From the NCBI GenBank assembly GCA_965202675.1, contig OZ241842.1, positions 2,567,074-2,631,073 of the forward strand: a stretch of DNA of 64,000 bases, read 5' to 3'. Shown in pieces: positions 40,196 through 49,895 of this stretch (the stretch's first letter is position 1; each line of letters starts with the position of its first letter). Origin of the DNA: Candidatus Spongiisociaceae bacterium (lineage in GTDB: Bacteria; Actinomycetota; Acidimicrobiia; Spongiisociales; Spongiisociaceae). The position numbers and the translations under genes were made by a program. A model generated the notes under the pieces. That model was not told the origin of the DNA. It worked only from the letters and a program-made list of their open reading frames with translations, and made no database searches.

Positions 40196-41518
40196 TCATG
40201 TAGCTACGGCAACCGTTGACGGTTCGAACACCGTGGGTTCCGATACTTTGGCTTCGAGGGCGGATACGGCGGTTTCCACTACCCGCCGCCGGTAGCGGAG
40301 CTCGTCTCCGCCGTCTAGGCCGGGGCCGCCGAAGGGGTGGGTTACGGCCGCGCCCTGCACGATGCGGAGCACGCCCACCGACTCGGCCAGGGGCGCCAGC
40401 GCGGTGACCAGCGCGGCCGGGAGGCCCTGGTTCTCGATCGACTTCGCCAGCGTAGACCCGCTACGCGTTCCTGTCCCTCAGGTGGCCCCGACGATCACCG
40501 CCTGCACCCCGTCGGCCAGCAGCGCCCGGGCCATCTCCTTGCCGATGCGGGTCATGTCGCTCAGCGAGCCCATGTTGCCGGTGGTGCTGAACAGGTGGCC
40601 GTAGAGGGAGAACCGGCCCTCGGCCTCCAGCCCGCGGGCGGCGTCGAGGGGTACCTGGCGGTCGGGGTCGAGGTTGGCGTTGCTCGTGTCGATCCCGCCG
40701 TGGACCGATATGAACTCGCCCTCTGCGAACCCTTCCCGGCCCCCGATCGGATACCTCGCCCAATGCTTCGCCCATCCCGACGGGAGGCGGTCGGGGTTGT
40801 CGGACGGGACGATGCCGGCCTCGGTCACCAGCGCCAGCCGGAAGGGCCGCCCCCGGCCGATCGGCTCGGCCGGTTCGGCCGGCTCGTAGCGGGGGAGCGG
40901 CCACTCGGTCTCGAACGGCGCGCCCCGCATCTTGGCGAGCAGCATCTCGACCGCCCTGGCGGAGCCGCGCCGGTCCGCGAAGACGTTGCGCCGCAGGCCC
41001 CTGGTCAGCAGCCCTTCCTCGCGGGCGGGGTCGAGCTCCTCGCCCCGGCCCAGCTTCCCGGCCAGGCGGGCCAGCCCCCGCAGGGCGGCGGCCATTCCGG
41101 CCGCGGTCTCCGACGCCGCCAGGATCGGCGTCCAGGCCCGGTACTCGTGGGCGCCCGGGCTGTCGGGATGCAGCGCGGCGAGGGCCGGAACGCCGAGCCG
41201 TTCGATCACCGCCCGGCAGACCGCCCCGCAGGCCAGGCCGTACCGCCCCGAACCGAAGGCCGGTCCGGCCACCACCACCTCCGGGTCATGGGCGGAGATC
41301 AGGGCCAGCACCTCGTCGAGGGCGGCGGACCCTCCCTCGGCCATGTAGTTGTCGCCGCATACGACCGTCGCCGCGATCCGGTCGCCCTCCTCCAGCAGGC
41401 GGGCCAGGCCCCGGCTTGCGCCCGCCGGCCCCGGCTCGGCGGTAGGCCCGGCCCCGGCCATATCCTCCCCGCCGAGGCCCCCGAAGAACTGGTTCAGGTA
41501 GTGGACTATGCGGGCCAT
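40196..41518 (-). CDS. grdB: glycine/sarcosine/betaine reductase selenoprotein B, paralog 1 (Sec347, UGA at 40478-40480)
   Basis: IVHYLNQFFGG, GPAFGSGRYG, NPDRL, HGG, DPDR; reading through TGA gives T-U-GTGTRSGSTLAKSIE..RIV..HPFG, homologous to the GrdB C-terminus. Confidence 0.9.
40450..40466 (-). other. bacterial SECIS-like hairpin of grdB-1
   Basis: 11 nt after UGA: GCGTAG-CGGGT-CTACGC. Confidence 0.75.
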
Positions 41519-42853
41519 CTAATACTCCTCTCCCCGGATGCGGACGCCCCCGAACTGGTGGGTGCTCGCCAGGACGACCGCCAGCGGCGCCTCGAACCCT
41601 CCGGCGGGGTCGCCTTCGAGCAGGATGAAGGAGCCGCCTCCTATCACCCGGTCGACCGGCTCGAACGCGACCGTCTCCTCGTAGTTGCCGGTGCTGACGA
41701 TGGCGTCGGCCTCCGGAACGAAATGCACGAACCCGGACTCGCCCGGCTGGGACGCCATCTCCATCGACAGCATCGTCGTGGGCACCCCTTTCCCCTCCAG
41801 GTTCCGGCAGATCATCATCGCGTCCACCGCGGGGTGGCCGCCCCCGGCGTAGTTGATCAGCGCCCCCTCGGCGCCCATCATGACCGCCAGGTTGGCGGCG
41901 TGGTTGGCCAGGCGCTCCTTGCTCGCCCGCGTGTCGCCGTTGGTGAACAGCACCACGCCCCGGAAGTCGAGGTCCTTCCCGTGCCGGGCGTACAGGTCCT
42001 CCACGATCGCATGGTTCTGCACGGTGTAGGTGAGCTCCCGCATGCAGGCGATGGCGTTCCATCCGCACACGAGCGCCCCGTCGAGCAGCTCGTTCGGATG
42101 GATCGGGGTGGGCAGGTGCGCCGCCCCGCCTATCGCCCCCGCCCCCGGCGCGATCTCGCCGTGCAGGTAGGGGATGGCCAGCTGGTACAGGTAGACCACG
42201 GCGGGCAGTCCGTTGTCCGGCAACGGGGCCAGGTCGTAGACGCTCCGCCGGTCGGGTTCCCGCCCCAGGGTCGCCTCCGCCAGGCGCCGGGCGGCTTTGA
42301 GCCCGGCCAGGCGGACCGCCTTGTTGTACTCCACCGCTTCGGGCGTCCCCTCGAACAGGTTGACGGGCCGCCCGCCGCTGTCGAGCAGCTCCCTGGCCGG
42401 TTCGCAGGACACCACCACATTGTTCAGCTCCGAGAAAGGCGAGTACTTGGCGGCCTCCCCGGCCATGTCGAACACCGCCTCCCGCCAGTAGACCGGTTCG
42501 CCCGGAACCGGCGGGGCGGTCTCCACCACGGCCACCCCCGCCAAGGCGTTCGTAACGCCCCGGCCCGCCTGCCCCGGCGCGCCGAGCATCCCCGAGAAGT
42601 CGGCGCCGGCCGGGTCGACTTTGATGCGGGGCTCCACCGCGTCGACGGCGTTGATAACCCGCACCGACTCCCCGGGCCGGGCTGTCTGCACCGACACGGA
42701 GGCGAAGGCCTCGTCGGCCAGGAGACCCTCCATTTCTTCGAGGTCGACGGTGAGCACACCGCCGTCCAGCGCCGTCTCCGCCCCGGCCCGGACATCGTCC
42801 ACGTCGAACCATCCGACCTCCAGCACCTGGCGGAGGGGCCCGCCGGCGGTCAC
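41519..42853 (-). CDS. grdE: glycine/sarcosine/betaine reductase component B proprotein (GrdE/G/I family), paralog 1
   Basis: ARPGESVRVINAVDAVEPRIK, IHPNELLDGA, GGGHPAVD, EADAIVSTGN; stop abuts the grdB start (TAGATG). Confidence 0.85.
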   Translation of the reverse strand: MTAGGPLRQVLEVGWFDVDDVRAGAETALDGGVLTVDLEEMEGLLADEAFASVSVQTARPGESVRVINAVDAVEPRIKVDPAGADFSGMLGAPGQAGRGVTNALAGVAVVETAPPVPGEPVYWREAVFDMAGEAAKYSPFSELNNVVVSCEPARELLDSGGRPVNLFEGTPEAVEYNKAVRLAGLKAARRLAEATLGREPDRRSVYDLAPLPDNGLPAVVYLYQLAIPYLHGEIAPGAGAIGGAAHLPTPIHPNELLDGALVCGWNAIACMRELTYTVQNHAIVEDLYARHGKDLDFRGVVLFTNGDTRASKERLANHAANLAVMMGAEGALINYAGGGHPAVDAMMICRNLEGKGVPTTMLSMEMASQPGESGFVHFVPEADAIVSTGNYEETVAFEPVDRVIGGGSFILLEGDPAGGFEAPLAVVLASTHQFGGVRIRGEEY

Positions 42854-42872
42854 GGAAGAGGCCGGGGGGAGG

Positions 42873-43838
42873 TCATGGCGCCTGCGGCAACCCCAGCATC
42901 TCGCGCGCCTGGGCGGGGGTGGCTATCTCGCGGTTCATCTCCTCGGCGATGCGGCGGATGCGGGCCACCAGCTGGGCGTTGCCGGTTGCCTTCTCGCCCC
43001 TCCGGTAATAGATGTTGTCCTCGAGCCCCACCCGGACGTGGCCTCCGAGCAGCACGCCCAGCACGTTCATGGGGATCTGGAACGGCCCGGTCCCGATCAC
43101 CGAGAACAGGGCGCCGGCGGGAAGCTCGTTGACGAGCGAGAACAGGTTGGCCGGGGTGGGGAACGAGGCGGTCTGGGCGCCGAGGACGAACTGCACCATG
43201 TAGGGCGGAGCCACGTTGTCGTTATGGATCAGGTCCCGCAGCACCCAGTACTGTCCGGGGTCGTATATCTCCAGCTCGGGCTTCATGCCCCGCTCTCTGA
43301 TCACCGAGGCGTAACGGTTGAGCTCGCCGTAGGTGGTGCCGCTGCACAGGTCGTAGTCGACGGGGCCGCGCGGATGGGGGAGCGGCGCCTCCCGGGCGGG
43401 CATGGTGAACCGGGATACGAACGGCCCCAGGTTGAGGGTGGCCACGTCGGGGGCGGGGTCGGCGTACAGGGGGGAGTAGCGCTCCTCGGTGGTCAGGGTC
43501 GGGCCGCCCCCGGTGCTGTTGTTGATGATCGCGTCCGGGCACCGCTCGCGGATCATCCGGTTCACCCGCCCGTAGTCCTCCGGGTTTCCGGTGCACTGGC
43601 TCCAGTCCTGCGGGTCCCGCACGTGCACGTGTATCTGCGAGGCGCCCGCCTCGTAGGCCCGGCGGGCTTCCTCCGCCTGTTCCTCCGGCGTCTCGGGCAG
43701 GGCCGGGTTCGATTCCTTGCCGTGGCCTCCCCCGCTGATGGCGGCGGTGATGATCAGGGGCGGCAGGGCGCTGCGCGCCGTTTTCTGCATCCAGACGTAC
43801 GGGTCCCGAAAGTCCCATGTCGCTTCGATGTCGGTCAT
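42873..43838 (-). CDS. beta-keto acid cleavage enzyme (BKACE/Kce, DUF849)
   Basis: IITAAISG, EAGASQIHVHVRD, NNSTGG, KPELEIYD, GGHVRVGLEDN; GAAGGAG RBS. Confidence 0.9.
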   Translation of the reverse strand: MTDIEATWDFRDPYVWMQKTARSALPPLIITAAISGGGHGKESNPALPETPEEQAEEARRAYEAGASQIHVHVRDPQDWSQCTGNPEDYGRVNRMIRERCPDAIINNSTGGGPTLTTEERYSPLYADPAPDVATLNLGPFVSRFTMPAREAPLPHPRGPVDYDLCSGTTYGELNRYASVIRERGMKPELEIYDPGQYWVLRDLIHNDNVAPPYMVQFVLGAQTASFPTPANLFSLVNELPAGALFSVIGTGPFQIPMNVLGVLLGGHVRVGLEDNIYYRRGEKATGNAQLVARIRRIAEEMNREIATPAQAREMLGLPQAP

Positions 43839-43980
43839 TGTTCTCCTTCGAGGCCCGCCGGATGCGGGTTTGATCCTAATTGCCCCGCCGCCGGGGGGCG
43901 CCCTCCGGGTTGGTTGCCGCCGCAAGCGGCGGGGTAGGCTTTCCGTCCGGGCCGCAATGACAACAGAAAGGCCTACCCAA

Positions 43981-45162
43981 ATGAGACACATCCGACCGAT
44001 ACTTCCGAAGACGGCAAAGACGGCGGTACTCATCGCCGCGCTGGCGCTGGTTGCCGCCGCCTGCGGGGAAGACGCCGAGCCGACCGCCGCAACCGAGGCG
44101 CCTGCGACCACCGAGGCGCCTCCTACGACCCAGGCCGCGGTCACCACCCAGGCGCCCGCCGCTACCGAGGCGCCGGCCGCTACCGAGGCGCCGGCCGCTA
44201 CCGAGGCGCCCGCCGAGCCGACCCCCATCCGGCTTCACTTCAACTGGTCGGTGGATCCCGGCTTCGGCGGCTACTACGTGGCCCTCGATCAGGGGTATTA
44301 CACCGACGAGAACCTGGATGTGGAGATCATCCACGGCGGGCCGAACGTCCCCAACCCGGTTCAGGTGCTGTCCGGCGGCGCCGCCGACATCGGCATCGCC
44401 TCCCCGCTGGTAATCGCCCAGGCGATCGAGGAGGGGGCCGACTACGTGGTGGTGGCGGCCCGCTTCCAGACCACGCCGTTCGGCATGAGCTCCCTGCCCG
44501 ACAACCCGATCTACACGGCGGCCGACATCGTGGGCAAGAAGATCGGCGGCGGCGCCTTCGACGCGGTGTTCCTCGACGCGCTCCTGACGCTCAACGACCT
44601 CGAGCCGGGCAGCTACGAGCTGGTGCCGATCGGCTTCGACCCGGCGCCGCTTCCCGACGGCCAGGTGGACGGGATCGCCAACTACATGGTCAGCCACCCC
44701 GTGATCCTCACCGCCCGGGGCATCGACAACGTAGCGGTGTCCTACGCCGACATGGGCATGCCCCTCTACGGGGACATGATCTTCGTCAACCGCTCCTTCC
44801 TGGAGGAGAACCGGGAGGCGGTGGTCGGCTTCGTCAGGGGGACGGTCAAGGGGTGGGAGAAGTTCTTCGCCGATCCCGACCTGGGTTTCGACCTGATGTT
44901 CGACGAGTACGGCGCGGCCGACAACTTCCTGGTGCGCGAGGAGCAGCTGCCCGTGCACAACGCCCAGGTCGCGCTGATGACCAACGACCTCACCGACGAG
45001 AAGGGCCTGTTCTGGATGGACCTCGACCTGATCGGCGACGAGATGTACGACGTGATCAGGGCGGCGGGGGTGGCCGATCTGCCCGCGGTGGAGTCCCTCT
45101 TCGACCTCAGCGTGCTCGAGGACGCCTTCGGCGGCATGGGCCCCAACCTGCTGGACGGCTGA
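43981..45162 (+). CDS. ABC transporter substrate-binding lipoprotein, NMT1/THI5/SsuA-like
   Basis: Lipobox VAAAC, TEAPA linker, FNWSVDPGFGGYYVALDQGYY..GGP; start position approximate. Confidence 0.85.
   Translation: MRHIRPILPKTAKTAVLIAALALVAAACGEDAEPTAATEAPATTEAPPTTQAAVTTQAPAATEAPAATEAPAATEAPAEPTPIRLHFNWSVDPGFGGYYVALDQGYYTDENLDVEIIHGGPNVPNPVQVLSGGAADIGIASPLVIAQAIEEGADYVVVAARFQTTPFGMSSLPDNPIYTAADIVGKKIGGGAFDAVFLDALLTLNDLEPGSYELVPIGFDPAPLPDGQVDGIANYMVSHPVILTARGIDNVAVSYADMGMPLYGDMIFVNRSFLEENREAVVGFVRGTVKGWEKFFADPDLGFDLMFDEYGAADNFLVREEQLPVHNAQVALMTNDLTDEKGLFWMDLDLIGDEMYDVIRAAGVADLPAVESLFDLSVLEDAFGGMGPNLLDG
44158..44211 (+). repeat. 18-bp tandem repeat x3 encoding AATEAP
   Basis: GCCGCTACCGAGGCGCCG units. 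Confidence 0.8.
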
Positions 45163-45186
45163 TCCGGCCCGGATTTTCCTGGTTGA

Positions 45187-45218
45187 CGGGGCCCGGTTCC
45201 GGCCGGGGCCCCGGTTTT
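45187..45218. terminator. GC-rich hairpin between convergent genes
   Basis: CGGGGCCCGG-TTCCGG-CCGGGGCCCCG then GTTTT. Confidence 0.5.
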
Positions 45219-45239
45219 AGACCGCAGGGCGGTCCGGGG

Positions 45240-46106
45240 TCAGGGCAGTCGGAACAGGCGGGCGGCGGTCCCGCCCATCAGGGCGGCCGTCTCCGCCTCG
45301 TCGAGCACCGGCGCTCCGTCCCGCTCCACTGCGATCCGGTTGGCGGCGCGGTAGAGCTCGCGGGTGTCGCCGTTGTCCGACCCGTACAGCACCCGCCCGG
45401 CCGCTCCGTAGCTCTTCAGCTTGGCGAGCGCCCCGTACACCGCGGCCGGCCCGTGCATCGCCCAGCCGGCCAGCTCGCAGTAGAAGTTGGGGTGCTTGGC
45501 CGTCACCGCCACCCCCTCGTCCACCCACGGATGACCGAGATGGGCGACGATCACCGCCAGGTCCCGGAAGTCCCGGCCCACCCGGTCCAGCAGGACGGGC
45601 CGCTGGTATTCCATGGGGGCGTTGATGGTCCTGGTCCAGCCCATGTGGATCATCACCGGGATGTCGAGCTCCAGGCACTTGGCGTAGAAGGGGTCGAGCC
45701 GGGGGTCGTCGGGCGAATAGTGGTGGTAGGTCGGGATCAGCTTCAACAGCCGGAAGCCGAGCTCCCTGACGCAGCGCTCCAGCTCCTCCAGGGCGGCCTG
45801 CGGATCGCGCAGCGGGTCGAGGCAGGCCACCCCGTACAGGCGCCCCGGATGCTTGGCGCACTCGGCCGCCGTGTAGTCGTTGGGGGTGTACACATGATGG
45901 TCGCCGGGATGCTTCGGGTCGTAGGTGGTGCGCCGGATGTCGCCCCCCTGCACCAGCCCGATGTCGATCCCCCCGGCGTCGAGCAACGCGACGATATCGC
46001 CGCCGTCCACCGACCCGGCCCACCCCTCGAACTGCTCCCGCAGCCACCATTCCGGCACCTGCTCGGGCATCAACCCCAGATGCAGATGGCAGTCGACCGT
46101 TATCAC
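45240..46106 (-). CDS. amidohydrolase_2 family protein (paralog 4, full metal-ligand set)
   Basis: DCHLH, MIHMG, IVAHLGHPW, YGSD; GTG overlaps the upstream stop. Confidence 0.88.
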   Translation of the reverse strand: MITVDCHLHLGLMPEQVPEWWLREQFEGWAGSVDGGDIVALLDAGGIDIGLVQGGDIRRTTYDPKHPGDHHVYTPNDYTAAECAKHPGRLYGVACLDPLRDPQAALEELERCVRELGFRLLKLIPTYHHYSPDDPRLDPFYAKCLELDIPVMIHMGWTRTINAPMEYQRPVLLDRVGRDFRDLAVIVAHLGHPWVDEGVAVTAKHPNFYCELAGWAMHGPAAVYGALAKLKSYGAAGRVLYGSDNGDTRELYRAANRIAVERDGAPVLDEAETAALMGGTAARLFRLP

Positions 46107-47002
46107 TTTATCTTGTAGAGGCGGGCGGCGGCGCCGCCCAGGATGGAGTCCATCTCCGCCTCGCTGAAGGGTTCGGCGCCGCGGCGCTCGGCGACGGCGT
46201 TGACGCCGCGGTAGAGGTCGGGCACCGGCCCTTCCATCTCGCCGTCCCGGGCCTTGTCGCTGTTGTCCGACCCGTAGATGACCCGGTCCAGGGCCGCGTA
46301 GGAGCGGAACTTCTGCAGGGCGTCGTGGAGGGTCTCCGAGGTTCCCCCCGCGAAGTAGCACATGTCGGCGTGGAAGTTGGGGTGCTTGGCGACCAGGGCG
46401 GTCGCCTGGTCGATCCACGGGTAGTTCACGAAGACGATCACCTTCAGGTCGCGGTAGCGGCGGCCCACCTCGTCCAGCAGCACCGGATCGCCGAAGCGGA
46501 GGTCGGTGTTGATGATGGGGGTCATGCCGGTGAAGAAGTGGACCGGTATGTCCAGCTCCAGCGCCTTCTCGTAGATCGGGTCGAGGGCCCGGTCGGCGGG
46601 GGAGTAGTGGCCGTAGCTGGGGAGCAGCTTCAGGGCCCGGAAGTCGAGCTCGGTTATGCAGCGCTCCAGCTCCATCACCCCGGCCTGCACGTCCCGCATC
46701 GGGTCGATGCAGGCCACCCCCAGCAGGCGGTCGGGGAAGGCCGCCACCTGGGAGGCCGTGTAGTCGTTGGGCACGTACACCTCGTGCTGGCCGGGGTAGT
46801 CGGGATGGAAGGTGGTGCGGCGGATGTCGCCGCCCTGCACCAGCCCGACGTCGGTCCCGTTCGCGTCCAGCAGGTCCACGATCGCCTGACCGTCGAGGGA
46901 GTAGATCTCCCCCCCGTAGAAACGCATCAGCTCGGCCATCCACCATTCGGGCACCTGGCTCGGCGTCAGACCGAGGTGCAGGTGGCAATCGACTGTGACC
47001 AT
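46103..47002 (-). CDS. amidohydrolase_2 family protein (paralog 3)
   Basis: DCHLH, VPNDY, HPNFHAD, YGSD; GGAGG RBS. Confidence 0.88.
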   Translation of the reverse strand: MVTVDCHLHLGLTPSQVPEWWMAELMRFYGGEIYSLDGQAIVDLLDANGTDVGLVQGGDIRRTTFHPDYPGQHEVYVPNDYTASQVAAFPDRLLGVACIDPMRDVQAGVMELERCITELDFRALKLLPSYGHYSPADRALDPIYEKALELDIPVHFFTGMTPIINTDLRFGDPVLLDEVGRRYRDLKVIVFVNYPWIDQATALVAKHPNFHADMCYFAGGTSETLHDALQKFRSYAALDRVIYGSDNSDKARDGEMEGPVPDLYRGVNAVAERRGAEPFSEAEMDSILGGAAARLYKIK

Positions 47003-47074
47003 CAGATGACCTCCCGTCCGCCGCCGCGCGCCGGATCTCTCGACGATGCTTCACGACCCGCCCGGCGGCCGCTT

Positions 47075-48316
47075 TCAGCCCGCCCGGCGGCGCCCCAGGA
47101 AGGGTAGCCCGACCACGACGGCGTCCACCTCCTCGGCTCCGCCCGCCAGCGGCCACTCCACCGCGATCCGGCTTCCCGGCGCGGCGAGCGCCCGCTCGAC
47201 CGAGCCGAACCCGATCAGCTTCGACAGGGTGGGCGACCAGGTGACGCTCGTGGCGCGCCCCGCCGTCCGCCCGTTCGAGACCAGGCGCAGGGCGTCCTTG
47301 CGCACCCTCGGCGAGACGTCCGGGGCAAGCCCGCGAGCGGCCTGCGCCTCGAGCGCCCGGCGCCAATCGATCTCGACTCCGGCCAGGAGGCGGTCGGGGC
47401 CTCCGGAACGCGCCTCTTCTGCCAGGGCCTCCCGGCCGATGAAATCGCCCTTGTCCAGGTCGACCAGGCGGTCCAGGCCGAGCTCGAACGGGGAGGACAG
47501 GCCCGCGTCCAGCTCGTCGTAGTGCGCCACCCGGCGTTCGCCCCCCGCCGGGTTGTAGTCGGCGCCGATCAGGATCAGGCCCGCCTCGATCCGGGCCGCC
47601 TCGACCGCGTACTCTCCGGCGGGGATCAGGCCGCGGCCCGCGCCCGCCGCCGCCGTCGCGTTCCAGACATCCGCCCCCCGGTCCGCCGGCGCCCAGATCT
47701 CGTAACCGAGCTCGCCGGTGAAGCCCGTGCGCAGCACCGTCACCTCCGCCCCGCCGATCCGGGCCGCCCGCAGGCGCGAGAACCCCAGGCCCGACCAGTC
47801 CCCGCCCCCGGCGGCCTCGGCCAGGATCTCGCGGGAAAGCGGACCCTGGAGGGCGAGCACCCCGAAGCGGTCGGTGATGTCGGTGATCTCCGCGTCCAGC
47901 CCGGCGCGGTGACGGCCCAGCCACGCATCGAGCGGCCCGGCGGAGAAGGTGAAGGAATCCGGGGCGGTCCGCAGCACCAGGCCGTCTCCCACCACCTTGC
48001 CCCGCTCGTCGCACCACGGCGTGTAGAGGATGCCGCCCACGCCGAGCCGCCCGAGGCCGCGGGTGACGATCCGGTCGATCAGCCGGCCGCTGTCGGGGCC
48101 TTCGATGCGGGTCTTGTTGAGGGGCGACATGTCGGCCATGGCGGCCGCCCGGCGGAACGCCCGCACCTCCTCGGCTATGTCCGTATACACGTCGACGACG
48201 TGGTAGTCGCCCCACGCGTACCAAAGAGGGGTCTTGGCGGCCGCCGAGGCGGCGGCGTGGAACGGCGTGCCGCGGAACCGGCCGCCGGGGTCCCGCCGGC
48301 CGAGATCATCGGTCAC
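47075..48316 (-). CDS. GcvT-like folate-binding aminomethyltransferase/demethylase
   Basis: GTPFH, DMSPLNK, ALQGPLSR, RTGFTGELGYEIW, RIEAGL, SPFELGL. Confidence 0.88.
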   Translation of the reverse strand: MTDDLGRRDPGGRFRGTPFHAAASAAAKTPLWYAWGDYHVVDVYTDIAEEVRAFRRAAAMADMSPLNKTRIEGPDSGRLIDRIVTRGLGRLGVGGILYTPWCDERGKVVGDGLVLRTAPDSFTFSAGPLDAWLGRHRAGLDAEITDITDRFGVLALQGPLSREILAEAAGGGDWSGLGFSRLRAARIGGAEVTVLRTGFTGELGYEIWAPADRGADVWNATAAAGAGRGLIPAGEYAVEAARIEAGLILIGADYNPAGGERRVAHYDELDAGLSSPFELGLDRLVDLDKGDFIGREALAEEARSGGPDRLLAGVEIDWRRALEAQAARGLAPDVSPRVRKDALRLVSNGRTAGRATSVTWSPTLSKLIGFGSVERALAAPGSRIAVEWPLAGGAEEVDAVVVGLPFLGRRRAG

Positions 48317-49104
48317 AGGAACCGCTCCCTTCCCCGGTCCTCCAGCCAGACCGCCCCGGCGTAGGCGGCCGCGGAGTAGACGATGATCAGCAGCCCGGCC
48401 GCCCAGGCGCGGGGTATCTCCAGCGAAAAGAAAGCCAGGTTGAACAGCCATCCCAGGCCGTCGACGCCGGTCAGGTACTCGCCGATGACCGCCGCCACGA
48501 GCGCCACCGCCGCGTTCAGCCGGAAGGCGGTGAGGAAGTTGGGGGCGGCGGACGGCAGGGCCAGGCGGAGCAGGCGGGTCAGCTTGCCGGCCCCCAGCGC
48601 CGTGAACACGTCCTCGGCGCCGGGCGGGGCGGCCCGCATTCCGGAGCTGGTCAGAACGTAGGCGGGGAAGGTGGACACCAGCGCCGCCACCGCCAGCACC
48701 GTTCCCTGGTTGTACCCGAACATGCGGGCCATCAGCGGGATGGTGGCCACGATCGGCACCGAGTACATGATGATCAGCGTCGCGGCGAGGAAGGTGCGCA
48801 GGATGGGGGAGAGCCAGGTCAGAACGGCCACCGCCACCCCCGCCGCGGTTCCGATGAGCAGCCCGGCGGCGGCGGAGTAGAAGGTGCGGCCGCTGAAGGC
48901 CGCGAACGCGCCCGGGTCGGCGGCGACGGCTCGGGCCACCGACAGGGGGCTGGCGACTATGAACTTGCTGACCCCGGCCCAGACCAGCCCCTGCCACGCC
49001 GCCAGGGCGGCCCCGGCCGGCAGCAGCCATCCCCAGAGCGCCGCCGGCGGGCCCCGGTTCTCCGCCCCGCCCCGGCGGGTTCCGGCGGCTCGGACCCCGG
49101 TCAC
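48313..49104 (-). CDS. ABC transporter permease (SsuC/TauC-like)
   Basis: Hydrophobic; ALGAGKLTRLLRLALPSAAP, AVIGEY, GLG. Confidence 0.85.
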   Translation of the reverse strand: MTGVRAAGTRRGGAENRGPPAALWGWLLPAGAALAAWQGLVWAGVSKFIVASPLSVARAVAADPGAFAAFSGRTFYSAAAGLLIGTAAGVAVAVLTWLSPILRTFLAATLIIMYSVPIVATIPLMARMFGYNQGTVLAVAALVSTFPAYVLTSSGMRAAPPGAEDVFTALGAGKLTRLLRLALPSAAPNFLTAFRLNAAVALVAAVIGEYLTGVDGLGWLFNLAFFSLEIPRAWAAGLLIIVYSAAAYAGAVWLEDRGRERFL

Positions 49105-49895
49105 GATCCGTACCGGGACGCGACCGCCTGCTCCAGCCCGGCCAGCAGGGCGAACGCCGTTACGGCGAACAGCGCAGTCAGGGTGGCCGACGCCCACAGC
49201 AGCTCGGTCTGCAGCTGGCGCAGGGTGTTGGCGATCATCAGGCCGAGCGCGGGCGGCTCCGACCCGAACCACTCGCCGAAGACGACCCCGAACATGGCGG
49301 CGGGCGCCCCCAGCTTGGCGGCGTACACGATCGACGGCAGGGCGGCGGGGAGCTCCAGCCGCCGCAGCCGCGCCCCTTTGCCCGCGCCCATGGCGGTCAG
49401 GACGTCGTTGTGGACGGAGCTCGAAGCCCGGAGGCCCGAGCTGATGGAGACGAACCCGGCGAAAAACACCGCCAGGGTGGCGAAAATGAGCGGGGTGAGC
49501 TGCTGGGCCCCGGCCACCGCCACCACCAGCAGCGGACCCAGCGCCACCCAGGGCACGGAGTTGACGATGGTGGCGAACCGTCCGATCGGGCGGCGCAGGA
49601 TCGGGGCGAGGTGCCCGGTCAGGGCCAGGGCGAACCCGATGAACAGGCCCGCCAGCCAACCGGCCAGGGCGTCGCTCATGGTGGCCCGCGCGGCGCGGAA
49701 GAACACGCCCCGGTGCTCCGCCAGCGCGGCGGCGATGTCCGACAGCGGCGGCCAGCGGTTTCCCAGCAGGCCCAGCCGGCCGCTGACCTCCCAGGCGGTC
49801 GCGACCATGATGATCCCGGCCAGGCCTCCGGCGGCCGCCGCCAGCCGCGCCCGGCGCCCGCCCGGCGCCGAAAGGGAGGGCGGCGCGGACGCCAT
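49101..49895 (-). CDS. ABC transporter permease (SsuC/TauC-like)
   Basis: Hydrophobic; AMGAGK..LELPAALP, GVVFGEW. Confidence 0.85.
   Translation of the reverse strand: MASAPPSLSAPGGRRARLAAAAGGLAGIIMVATAWEVSGRLGLLGNRWPPLSDIAAALAEHRGVFFRAARATMSDALAGWLAGLFIGFALALTGHLAPILRRPIGRFATIVNSVPWVALGPLLVVAVAGAQQLTPLIFATLAVFFAGFVSISSGLRASSSVHNDVLTAMGAGKGARLRRLELPAALPSIVYAAKLGAPAAMFGVVFGEWFGSEPPALGLMIANTLRQLQTELLWASATLTALFAVTAFALLAGLEQAVASRYGS

Noticed and set aside
45240..48224. Apparent 994-aa protein, and similar N-terminally extended ORFs (16994-20932, 50736-53087, 52064-54514, 53404-55557, 7483-9144)
   Set aside because: The extensions are off-frame readings of upstream genes; true starts sit at stop/start overlaps or after an RBS.
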